64,000 nucleotides of DNA, from the NCBI GenBank assembly GCA_002633005.1, contig NMRA01000498.1, positions 113,772 to 177,771 on the forward strand. Reading direction: 5' to 3'. Of this stretch, positions 1 through 10,700 are shown piece after piece. A program made the position numbers and the translations under genes. The DNA is from Phoronis australis (taxonomy: Eukaryota; Animalia; Phoronida). Under the pieces are notes generated by a model. It was not told the origin of the DNA. It made no database searches and saw only the letters and a list, made by a program, of their open reading frames with translations. Within the stretch, counting starts at the first letter, position 1; each line of letters begins with the position of its first letter.

Positions 1-137
1 ACTCTACATTTTCGAAACTATTTGTTAATTAGAGTGCGCAGAGTACGCACTTGGTGGCGATAAAGTTCTTTTCAAAGTGTTAGGCGATCCCAGTATGTGG
101 CTTAGTACGTGTGGTGACTCAGATCATAAGGTAAGAT

Positions 138-311
138 TAACCGCCCAGGGCGGTTGCCGGTCGTAATAAGCGCCCATGTTCAGTTAACCGCCCCCCCCCC
201 GATTTCTTGAAATTTCACGTTTAAGCGCCCATGTCTGGTTAACCGCCCACCCCCGATTTTTTGGGTTCGCCAATTTAACCGCCCAGGGCGTTAACCCGAA
301 CGATTACGGTA
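138..311. mobile_element. Non-autonomous DNA transposon end (Tc1/mariner-pogo/Tc2-like MITE remnant)
   Basis: About six copies of TTAA(C/G)CGCCC ending in ...TTACGGTA, a CCGTA-type terminus with TA. A similar AATAAGCGCC-repeat tract lies at ~51094-51186. The family assignment is inference. Confidence 0.45.
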
Positions 312-939
312 ATAGTAAAATTTTATGAAAATCAGTTGAGGACTTCCCAAGATACAGAAGCAAACGTAAAAACTAAAATTGCCACTACACCTGTAGTCAA
401 ATAGGTCTTAAATTCCTTCTCATCCATTGTCAGCTTCTTCGGAACACATCAGCCAAACCTCATCAAGATCCTGTGAGAAGTTAAGGAGATACAGCTGCAG
501 ACCCCCAGCCGCCCAGACAGAGGTGATGGCAATCATCAAAATCACTATCGCTATCTTCTTTAAAATTCCAAATTCCTCAATCATTCCCCAAAACAAGTTT
601 TTCTTTAAGTAGATTTGATAGAATTATCATACATGGGAAAGAAGGAAACTACACGCAACCATGTACACAATCATTTAAAGTTCTCAATAACGTAAACAAA
701 GCGTCTAATAAACTTATATTTCACAAATATGAAAGAGAATGCCGAAAACCTGGCCTGAGGAAAACCCTTATTTTCATAATCCCCCCCCCATCATATTCCA
801 GGGCAACTAGCAGATCAGTGTGTATACACAATTGGAATACACTGCCTTCAAATAGTGGGTCACCCTCATTGATCAAAACCTTAAAAAGTCACTTCCGTCA
901 TGCCAATCCAACTAATCCCTCTTACTAAGTTTAAATCTA

Positions 940-1100
940 TTCCTAGGGCTCACGACATATCTCTCAATGGATTGCGTTCTGGACTTTTACTTAACTCTGA
1001 TAAATTTTTACACAACTTCAGATACATTTATCCATTGTGCAATTATGGGCAAGTTCAGACTAAAATTCACTTTCTGTTGGACTGTCCAATTAATTATGGG
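940..1100 (+). mobile_element. Degenerate 3' end of a LINE ORF2 (C-terminal Cys/His knuckle)
   Basis: ORF 900..1217 contains YPLCNYGQVQTKIHFLLDCPINY, which resembles the CxLC..E.E.HFLL.CP.Y motif at the C-terminus of non-LTR retrotransposon ORF2. Confidence 0.5.
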
Positions 1101-1310
1101 AACGCTTTAAGGCCAACCCTTTTTAAGAGTGCAATTGGAATACATCTCACACCTGTTCAACACACCAATATTCAAAGACAGTGTTACCAACATTGGTGCT
1201 TTTCTATATACCTTTGACACAACAGACAGCATAAATTACAATACAAATGGCACATTTTTTCATGAAGCATAGGGATAAAGCATACAATACATCATACCAC
1301 TAAAATATAC

Positions 1311-1475
1311 CTGTTACACTGTGTACACTGGAGGATAGCCTCTTCTTCCTTGCACTTCTTATCCCATACCAGGCACATTGTAATGTTTCAGCACGGCACA
1401 CAGTGTGTATAGTTGTTCTGCCACAGACAGCCAAAATCTGGCGACTTACTACCGCAGTTCATGCAGATATCTCAC
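1311..1475 (-). pseudogene. Orphan pseudo-exon of a KMT2C/KMT2D-type PHD-finger cluster
   Basis: 165-nt segment between ttcatttgcag and gtatat translates (W)*DICMNCGSKSPDFGCLWQNNYTHCVPC*NITMCLVWDKKCKEEEAILQCTQCN(R). It aligns without gaps to the KMT2C motif C..C..CG.......C.WQNNYT.C.PC.....C..C.....EE..ILQC.QC.R as I recall it. It has two in-frame TGA stops and a C>W change. Confidence 0.8.
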
Positions 1476-1589
1476 CTGCAAATGAAGGGAACTGCCTTGT
1501 TGACGTTTTTTTCATATTTTTATTTTGCTCTAGAATAATAATTACATGTCACATAAAACAATACAGTATACATCGTTTACAAGAATAAC

Positions 1590-3916
1590 ATTAAAACATT
1601 AGTTAACAAGTACCGTATTTCCTTCAGGATATAATTTGATAAAGTTAATGAACAATTGGAAATCAAGGGTTTTTTAATAAACTTTTGGCTAAATATGTAA
1701 TTTTTTGCCAGCATGATCAACAGATTAATGTTACAATTTTTCGACTGAATGTTTTCCAAAAAAACAAAAACACTGCTATCTTGTCCACATAAAAATTTAC
1801 ATGATATGTTTGTTTTAACCACTCAGCAAACAGGAGCCAGAAACCGTAGACAAGACGACATTCCCAAATGAGATGGAGAAAAGTTTCACAGCGTTCACCA
1901 CAGAAAGAGCATAGATCACTTGTTTTTATTTTAATTTTATGTAAATAATTATTAGTTGGTAATATTCGGTGGATAAACCAACGCAATTTTGTATCTTTTG
2001 TACAATTGAAGGGGACCTTATTTACTTTTCTCCACCATGTATCAGAGTCACTAAAATTTACATTATTTGTAACACCGTTTATATCGATCTCAGATGACCA
2101 CTTGTTTTTATATTTACAAGCTGTCTGAAGTGACTGTACTAAGGTGTCATAAATATTTACCCTTTGTGATTTATTATGTAAAATTTTATAAATATAACTT
2201 GGAAAATTTGGTAAAAAGATATTGTCTTGTCTATTCTTAAGACCCCAGTACGCTGCAAAGGTTGCACTTTTTAATCCATAGAATTCTAATATTGGAGGTT
2301 GAAAGTTATAACTATTACAGAGTTGTTCATACGACATAAAAGAACCTTCAGCATTAAACAAATCACACACACGATAGACTCCCCTTTCATACCAGGACTT
2401 GTAGAAAATAGATTTTCTACCAACTTTAATCTTTGAATTATACCACAGGGAAGAGCAAATAATATTTTCATTTTTGTCACACATTTGAAACAGTAGCACA
2501 ACATCACTTAAGACTTCCTTCCAGAACAGATTGTCGGTTCCTTCAGCTATTTTTTTAAGGAAAGCGTCTCCCATTTTCAAAAAGTTTACAACCCAAAACT
2601 GCCTCTGCAAGGTCACATATGGTATTTGAGGTGAATAGTTTACGAAGCCACGATATTTTCAAAGACTTAATGAAAAACTAACATGAACCATTTTCAAACC
2701 ACCATGATCCTGATTTTGTACAATTTCATTTCGGCTAACTCTGTCATTCTTCCCATTCCAAATGAAGCCAAAGAAAACTCGCTCTAATTCTTGAATAATG
2801 TCAATGGAAGGGCTAGGGAGAGATTGAAGCAAATGAAAAATCTTGGGCAATAAAAGTGTCTTAAAAACAGTTATTTTACCTAAAACAGTAAGAATTTTCC
2901 TTGACCAAGAGCTCACCATTTTCTTAATTTCCAAAAGCCTGCAACTATAGTTAATTCCCGGCACTGCATTATAAACAGTGGAGAAGTTGATTCCCAAAAA
3001 CATGAAAGGTTCGTTGGTCCATAACAGGTTCTCATTGTCACAAAGTTTTTCGTCAGAGTCTTTTTTGAACCAATCCAAACACATCTTGTTTTCTCGATGT
3101 TTGGCTTCAAACCAGAAAATTTCGCAAATTGGTCAATTAAATTCAAAGATGATCTAAGAGATAACTCAGAACCGTCCAAAATTAAACAAGTGTCATCAGC
3201 GCACTGGATCAATTGAAACTCAGAAACACTTATCCTGATCCCAGTGATGCCACCATCCCGACGAATTAAATTACCCAATATTTCTACGCATAATACAAAA
3301 AGGTGAGGAGAAATTGGGTCTCCTTGACGACAGTCTCTCCTCATTTCAAAACATTCAGAGTTAAATCCATGTTGGAGAACACAAAGATAAGATTTGTTGT
3401 AGAGTGTTTTGACCGTGTCAATGAACCTTGGGCCAAAGTATGATAATGCCTTGAGGATGAAAGACCAGGAAACCGAGTTGAAAGCTTTTTCAAAATCGAT
3501 CATTAAGAGGAGTCCAGGAAAGAGTTTACAGTCTAAAAATTGAATTACATCATATAAAATTCTTATGTTTTCCCCAATATATCTGCCTTTCATGAAACCT
3601 TGTTGGTTCTCGTGAATAAGGGGTCCGAGGACGCTTTTTAGGCGTCTTGCAATACAACCAGACAAAATTTTGTAAGTAATATTCAATAGTGAAATTGGAC
3701 GCCAATTTTTGATGAATTCTCTTGTTTTATTTTCTTTTGGTATTATTGAGATAATACCCTGTTTTTGAGTTGTAGATAATTCTTCTTCAAAAGATTGGAA
3801 CACATAATATTTAAGGTAAGGCCAAAAAAAATTTTAAAAATTCTACTGTGAAACCATCTGGGTCAGGACTTTTGTTGTTTTTTAAATCTTTCAGAGTTGC
3901 ATGAATTTCCTCCAAA
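1590..3916 (-). mobile_element. L1/Tx1-clade LINE ORF2, reverse transcriptase plus C-terminal zinc knuckle (frameshifted)
   Basis: Overlapping ORFs 2913..3803, 2659..3084, 1717..2616 and 1577..1822. Motifs: KSP(D)PDGF, NWRPISLLN, Q.GF..GR.I, DFEKAF, RQGDP.SP.LF, (C)ADD, CSFCGERCET..HL.WEC. Multiple frameshifts. Confidence 0.93.
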
Positions 3917-4467
3917 GTGATAAATTTTTCAAGTTACAATAACAATTTTGTTTTTGTTTGTAGCAATTTTAATTTGGTCCAAGATTTTCACCTTGATTGT
4001 CATAGTTATATCTCTGTAAATAACCCTAAAGCACGTGACCAAATGCTGGAGACGAAGGTGGCTCTTGATCAGATGGACCCATGGTGTGTTTATCATCCCT
4101 CAGCGAAAAAGTTTACATGGTCCAGGACAAATCCAGTCAAAAAGGCTAGGTTAGATTATTTTCTTGTTACAAAACAATTACTCTTGCGTATCGAAAAGGT
4201 GGAAATACAGTTGGGCTACTGGTCGGACCATAACAACGTCGTCTTAACTATACAATTAACTACGTTAAAAAAAGGACGGTGGTTTTGGAAATTTAATAAC
4301 TCACTGCTAAAAGACAAAGAATATATTAACCTTGTCAAGAATGAGATTTTGTGTACGAAAAAACAATATGCTCTTCCAGTATATGATTTGAACAAAATAC
4401 AAGAAATTGACTCTGATAATCTTCAGCTTTGTATATCTGATCAATTGTTTTTGGAGACGATATTGTT
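3917..4467 (+). mobile_element. L1/Tx1 APE endonuclease fragment, inverted relative to the adjacent RT
   Basis: Motifs SNFN (for GDFN), FTW, ARLDYFL, SDH and WKFNNSLL.D in ORF 3917..4540. It abuts the minus-strand RT fragment at 3916/3917. Confidence 0.9.
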
Positions 4468-4977
4468 CATTTACTACCGTAAGCCAACACTGCGTGTATT
4501 ATCTTACTCATATAGAGTACATTTGCCTGCACAAAAGTAGTTCACTTCTATCCTTTTGTTTGGCAGACGGCGCTTTTGTAAACATGGAGGCTCGCGATTT
4601 CTGTTTAGGCAGTAGGCCTATCGCGTTTCTTAATCAATGTAAATGTTACTGAAAAACTGTTGTAAATGCTGACTCAGATTAATCTCTGAACCGGGAATCT
4701 AACCGGGGCCAGTCATGTTCGCCTCTACGGTTGTACTTGCAGAAAAAGTGAGATAAAAGGGGTCTGAATTGAAGGTTAATTGGTGATTTTCGACACATCA
4801 CTGTGTGACTGGCCGCTTACTACTTTGGAAACAAGTCGGATATAATGTTCCCTGGTTTTGAGAATGACGCTATCAACATTTTGTAATAATTTCAGTGCAG
4901 GTTCACTTGTTATACCTCAGAGTCAGACTGTTAGTGTTAGCTATGGGCAGCGAAAAGGTTCAAAATAGACACCAGCA

Positions 4978-5250
4978 CCAAATAAACAAGTGGTTTGACA
5001 AACAGACAAGTGGTTTGCTAAACAGACAAGTGATTCGTCAAATAAACAGGTCAAGAATGCTATGGTTTTCCAAACAGACAAGTCAACTTTGCAGATTTTG
5101 TCCGATAAACAAGTGCCTACTGTTGAACAAACAAGTAAGTTGGCAAATGATTAAGTAGGTTGCCAAACAGACAAGTAACCTTGTAGGCTCAACTTGTCGA
5201 ACAGACAAGTCATCTGTTAAACGAACAAGACAAACACGGCAAACAAACAG
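4978..5250. repeat. Irregularly spaced array of a (A/G)AACA(G/A)ACAAGT-like motif
   Basis: About 10 copies (e.g. aaacagacaagt, ataaacaagt, aacaaacaagt) separated by unrelated spacers of variable length. Confidence 0.7.
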
Positions 5251-5508
5251 AGGGCGCCACTTGAAAACGAATGACGTCACGGAGTCTCAATCTGCCTGAA
5301 CCCCGAACCTGCATTATGTTATTTTTATTTTGGAATGGGATAAAAACTGGTGAGGCTTTGCTGCGCATTTACTACGTAAGCCAACTGCTTTGCGCCAGTG
5401 GACGCTTCAGCTGTAGCTGAAAGGTAAGATCATGACTATTTCTGCTTTATTCTGTACAATTTGCATTGCAATCAATATAATAGAGTAAAACAACTGCTTT
5501 TAAGCAGT

Positions 5509-5678
5509 TACGAAAGGTGTTGTTTCTTAACAATCAAAATTGTTAAGAAACAACACCTTTCGTATTTTGTTTTTTATTTTGGCAGACATCAACCTGAATC
5601 ATCATAATACANTTTAAGCAGTTACGAAAGGTGTTGTTTCTTAACAATTAAAATTGTTAAGAAACAACACCTTTCGTA
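5509..5678. repeat. 56-bp palindrome present twice (5509-5564 and 5623-5678)
   Basis: TACGAAAGGTGTTGTTTCTTAACAAT-caaa-ATTGTTAAGAAACAACACCTTTCGTA. The two copies sit in a ~114-bp duplication flanking the N at 5612. Confidence 0.9.
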
Positions 5679-6122
5679 TTTTGTTTTTTAGTTTGGCAGA
5701 CATCAACCTGAATCATCATAATACAGTTTTTGTTCCTTTTGAGAGATAAAATGATAAATGACGCGGGGTATATGTTTTACAGTCGTATTTAGCCATGTTG
5801 TCGAACTTAAGTTTTCCATTCCTAACCTCAGACCAGCAAGTGAGGTCAACGATTGTGTTATTGAAGGTAGCGCAATGTACCTCAAGTACTGCATGCGCCG
5901 CAATCCCCGAGCTTCCGTCTCAGGTCCGGGGTTCCGTACAAGGCGGGCCGTCCGGTTCATGGTAACCCCTGAACTTATAAATACGTAAATGTATGCATGC
6001 ATTTATGCTTGAATGTAGATATTTATGCATGTATGTATTCATATGTATTCAGGCTTTTGAAAATGAAAGAACTCCGTTACTTACCTTCGCGTTAAATTGT
6101 ATTTCAGAAAATAGCCTTTGCT

Positions 6123-7710
6123 ATGCAATACAGAGTTGAATACCAGTTACAGAACGATTGAAGACGCTAGTGTGTCCGACCATTTTGTGACGGAATTAAT
6201 TAAGGCTATCAGAGAAAAACTTTGGAACACCCGGCCAGTAGCAGGTGGAAGTTCGTCATTCATGGCGACATCGATGGCTTCTCTCGGTTTATTTTTTGCT
6301 TGAATGTTAGCAGCAACAACAAGTCGAGTACAGTGCTTAAACTCTTTCTCGAGGCAACCAGCAGCACGTGGGATTTGCCTTCACGAGTGCGCGGGGACAA
6401 AGGGGTTGAGAATAGAGATGTTGCCCACTACATGCTCAACCATTCAAACATAGGTCCAGGGGAACGTTTCATTACGAGCAAGAGTGTTCATAACTCTATG
6501 ATTGAGCGATTGTGGCGTGNATGCAATACAGAGTTGAATACCAGTTACAGAACGATTGAAGACGCTAGTGTGTCCGACCATTTTGTGATGGAATTAATTA
6601 AGGCTATCAGAGAAAAACTTTGGAACACCCGGCCAGTAACAGGTGGAAGTTCGTCATTCATGGCGACATCGATGGCTTCTCTCGGTTTATTTTTTGCTTG
6701 AATGTTAGCAGCAACAACAAGTCGAGTACAGTGCTTAAACTCTTTCTCGAGGCAACCAATAGCACGTGGGATTTGCCTTCACGAGTGCGCGGGGACAAAG
6801 GGGTTGAGAATAGAGATGTTGCCCACAACATGCTCAACCATTCAAACAGAGGTCCAGGGGAACGTTTCATTACGAGCAAGAGTGTTCATAACTCTATGAT
6901 TGAGCAATTGTGGCGTGACGTTACGCAAAACGTTAGTCCTTATTTTATGATAGCTTCATGTTGCTGTAGTCAAAAGATTTATTGAATCCGAATGATGAGA
7001 CCGATTTGTATCTTTTACATCATTGTTTCATGGAGACCATTCAGCGTGCGCTGCCCTGATTCGCTGCGGATTCTTGGAACAACTACAGCATTCGAACGGA
7101 AAACAATAAATCTCCAACTCAGCTGTTTATGAGTGGTCTGCATGGAATGCGATAAGTCAACTGCCTGGATTCCAAATGAGTAATTGGAAACGTTCACTGA
7201 GGTGAGAGTAAAAGCCATAGTGACCTATATTTTTAAAAAATTGTTGCAGATGTGTTCACAATTATTCGCTCTGTCGCTAAAAGAGTGGCTTCATTTGTTT
7301 TTATTTTTCCTTTAACTACATAATAGTGCAACAACTTTATTTTTCTTTGGCATTTTAGACAACACAAATTCCTTGCAGACATCTTTCACGGTGTCAATAT
7401 GCCAGCGCTTGCACTTTAATACTTTTTACATAAATGAACGCTTACGACCAACGCTGAAGCATGTGCGTCAGCTTAACAAACACTGTGACTGTTGTTTTTG
7501 GTACGTCCCATGGATTTTGGTTTAGTGAGTTTGATTTGGTCATTTTATTTCTTGACAGGCTGGAGTCTCAGAATTTGGTATCGACGCTACTACACCGCCT
7601 GCGCCACACAATAATGAAGAAGGTGTAGTTGTACAAAGTATTCAAAGTCCCCTAACGGAAGAACAGAGAGTGTTGTTGAATGACCAGATAGAAGCCATCT
7701 CATTAAGGAA
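6123..7710 (+). mobile_element. Decayed, intron-containing integrase-core (DDE) transposase, IS3EU-like
   Basis: Motifs RWKFVIHGDIDGFSR, NNKSSTVL..F, LPSRVRGDKG.EN and SVHN..IERLWRDV, followed by frameshifted LLNP.DE.DLY.LH and WNNYSIRTENNKSPTQLF. A donor at ~7201 and an exon at 7558 give (A)GVSEFGID...GVVV..I.SPLTEEQ. Segment 6123-6519 is duplicated at 6521-6917 across an N. The superfamily name is inference. Confidence 0.75.
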
Positions 7711-10700
7711 ATCTCCAACCTTATTCACAAAAATTGACCATTTTTACAATATTTCACGTGTGTCTAGAAAAATGCCTTACCTTCATTCTCGGGGAACTTC
7801 AAGTACAAAATATACACTGCGTAGCTGATTTAACAGAACCACCTTGGAACAACACAATGTACTTTTGTTGTGCATTGGCAGTCAGACACGACATATAGCC
7901 TCGAATACATTGTATTGCATGAGGATTTTGTTGTTTCTTGTACGGTACTCTTTCTTGATTGAAACACCGTAACTTGGGCTTTTTTCACGGGCGTCGAAGA
8001 ATGCATTAGTGAGGGGCACGTCCATTAGCGAAGCCAAGCTATGTATTAACATGTTAGACAAGGCGAACAGTGATCAAGTCTATGAAATGTTTCGAACAGT
8101 GATCAAGGCTATGAAATGTCTTAAACTCTATCAGAGGCATGTTTTAAATATCAGAACGACCGATCACATGCAATTCTTCGCTTTCGCTTCTAATTTTTAA
8201 CCTGTTCACCAAGATTTTAAAATATACTTCTTCGATCTACATTTTGCCCTGACGAATTAAAGAATTATTTTCTCATTAAATCGCTATCACAATGCGCCTT
8301 TTCATACAGGATTTCATTTCCATTACCAACAAGAACATCGAAACCATCAGCTACTCAAGTAGCACTTCATAGTTTACTGTATTTGGTCATTCCTATTTCG
8401 AACATGGCGCGTGTAAGCCTGTGCATCCCACTTGATTTCAGCTGGTAACAGAAATGGAATCAGAAGTAAGAAATATTCGATTTTTAGAACGCTAAACGGG
8501 GAAATGCAGCCGTTTTTCAAACTACAGTTTTTACATTGCGTTATCAAAGTCTGCTCATTAGACAAGAATTTCCCCAAGTCCACTTTGTTGCTTTCATTAA
8601 ACTTAACTTGTTCAAACAAAGTGCATTTGAAAAATGCTTGAATTGTTAAAGCTGTCACAGTTCGACACTTGGAAACTCAGTCGGATTTTTCAACGTACTT
8701 CTTACTGAGGATGTGTTTCCATGGGCACGCGCTGTGCCGAATCATTTACAGGTGCGTCGCTAAAGTGCGTAGAGCAACAGGAGATTCAGTCAGCATTAGT
8801 CAAGAATTTGAGCGTCAAATTTTTAACCGCAAATTTTGTCGAATTTCGACGATGAAAATTTTTTATGAACTACTGTGTACGCATGTGTAGTACGAGCGTC
8901 TTACTCAATACACCTTCGACGAAGTAATTTGACCCAGTTCTCAAAAAATAACTTTAACCCTTGTATTAATTAATATCCAGTGATATTTTGAGCTTTAACA
9001 TTGTATTTCATCCATAAAAAAGAAATTCAAATTGTATTTTTGTGAACTTCGAGTACCGAGCGAGTTAGTAAGGAAAGCTTGTGATTGCGACACATTTTAA
9101 TGCCGAACGGCACCCAAAAACCTATCCGTTGTCAGATAAAATGACAAAAATTGTTAATAATCCTAAGGAAACCCCGTTATGGGCAGGGCAAATTTATCAG
9201 ATGCAAAACACGTTCATATTATTGGCGTTTTTGGAAAACTTTACAAACTTGAAAACTCTTGTTTGGATAGCGCTCTCTCTACAGGCGTTTTGCGTCCTTT
9301 GTACAGCTGTTTCTCCGCAAATGTGCATAAACGTAGGTAACTAGACTTTTTCTCAACACAGTTCAGGGGCTACGATGTCGGTGTTCATGTGTGTCCATTG
9401 TTTTTAATGTTTAAGGCTTTTTGAAAATTTGTGCTTGGTGCCAGAAAAAATAGTATGCTTTTATTTTAAGAATGGAAACGACGAATAAAGAAGTAAAATA
9501 TTATTGTACTATATCGATCTATATTTAGAACAAACAATGTAAGAAACCCAACAGGTGACATCAAGTTCCGCTATAGTAGTACTACCGTAATGTTAGTAAA
9601 GTTGGTGACATTTGACACATTTCTTTCTGTCCTCGTCCTCTTCACAGGGCTGTGTCCTCCTGAGGCATCATTAAATAGGTCGAATGTAAATTCGGCCAGC
9701 ACCCAACTGTTTCAATTTGCCCACACCACTCTATTCGCAGTAGACAACCGTAACTTGGAGCGCGAACCACTGGCGATGATGAGCAGTTCAAAACCACGGC
9801 ATCTTGTTAAGCAGGGAAAGTTCTGCAATGAAGTTAGACAATTTTCAAACATTATGTTTCAGTGACTTTGGTATAAATGTCTGCAAAATAGCACACTAGA
9901 TTTTTCAAGTAGTTATTTTCAGTCATAAAGAAAATAAGGTGGCCACATTCCACTGGACTAAGCGTACGTGACAGATAAACTTACTCGTGCAATTTTCCTT
10001 GGCATGGTCGGCATCACGTCTAATGTGCCAAAGAAATGATAAAAATACTAATGAGTTCGTTCATGACGCATTAAAACGGCCTCGACAGCGCTATCAAAAG
10101 GTGAACAATTTTCGAAACAGCATGAGGTTGGATTACTATGACCTTTCCAACAGGTGTCAGGTTTCGTCTTGACCACTTTCTTAACAGAACGTTTACCTAT
10201 TTTAAATTATCAAAATAATTTTGATTAACCATGTCTTTCAAATTAACTTGAAACCAACTTCAAGGAAGATTTTTTGGTTCATGAAAAATTTATTTTGGTG
10301 TAACCATGTAGGAAAACAATGGTATGCGTAAAACTTGTAAATGTGTTCTAAAAAATAGGAATAAAATCTCAAAAACGTTTTTCTAAATTGTCATTTTTGT
10401 TTTATGGAAAGTTGATTGTTTTCATAAAAATAAAGGTGTTCTCTTTTTGATAGACCGTCATGTTAAAGTGGAATATTTTAAGAGCAAATTATGTTTGTGC
10501 TCAATACAGGTTGCACTATAGGTTAATCATTTAATCATTGGTGCTGGCATATATTGCCCACAGGGAGCCTCAGTCAGCTTCTGATCGTTCCCAAAATACC
10601 GATGCGTACTGTCATAACCAATGAGATAAATATAGCTCATTGGTCAATAGTGTTCCACGCGAATTGGTAAGGAGTTATACGATGAGTTACTGATGGGCGC

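Noticed and set aside
420-600. GC-richer segment as a further KMT2C exon
   Set aside because: Minus-strand translations (FKEDSDSDFDDCHHLC or ILKKIAIV...) do not convincingly match, and the splice sites are unclear.
1311-1475. TGA codons read as selenocysteine in a PHD finger
   Set aside because: Only one TGA is at a Cys position, another Cys is lost to Trp, and the exon is isolated. Pseudogenisation is the simpler explanation.
4978-5250. Repeat-spacer pattern as a CRISPR or similar array
   Set aside because: The motif is only ~12 bp and degenerate, with irregular spacing.
9649-9865. Exon-like segment after cttcacag
   Set aside because: No recognisable protein motif in any frame and no linked exons found.
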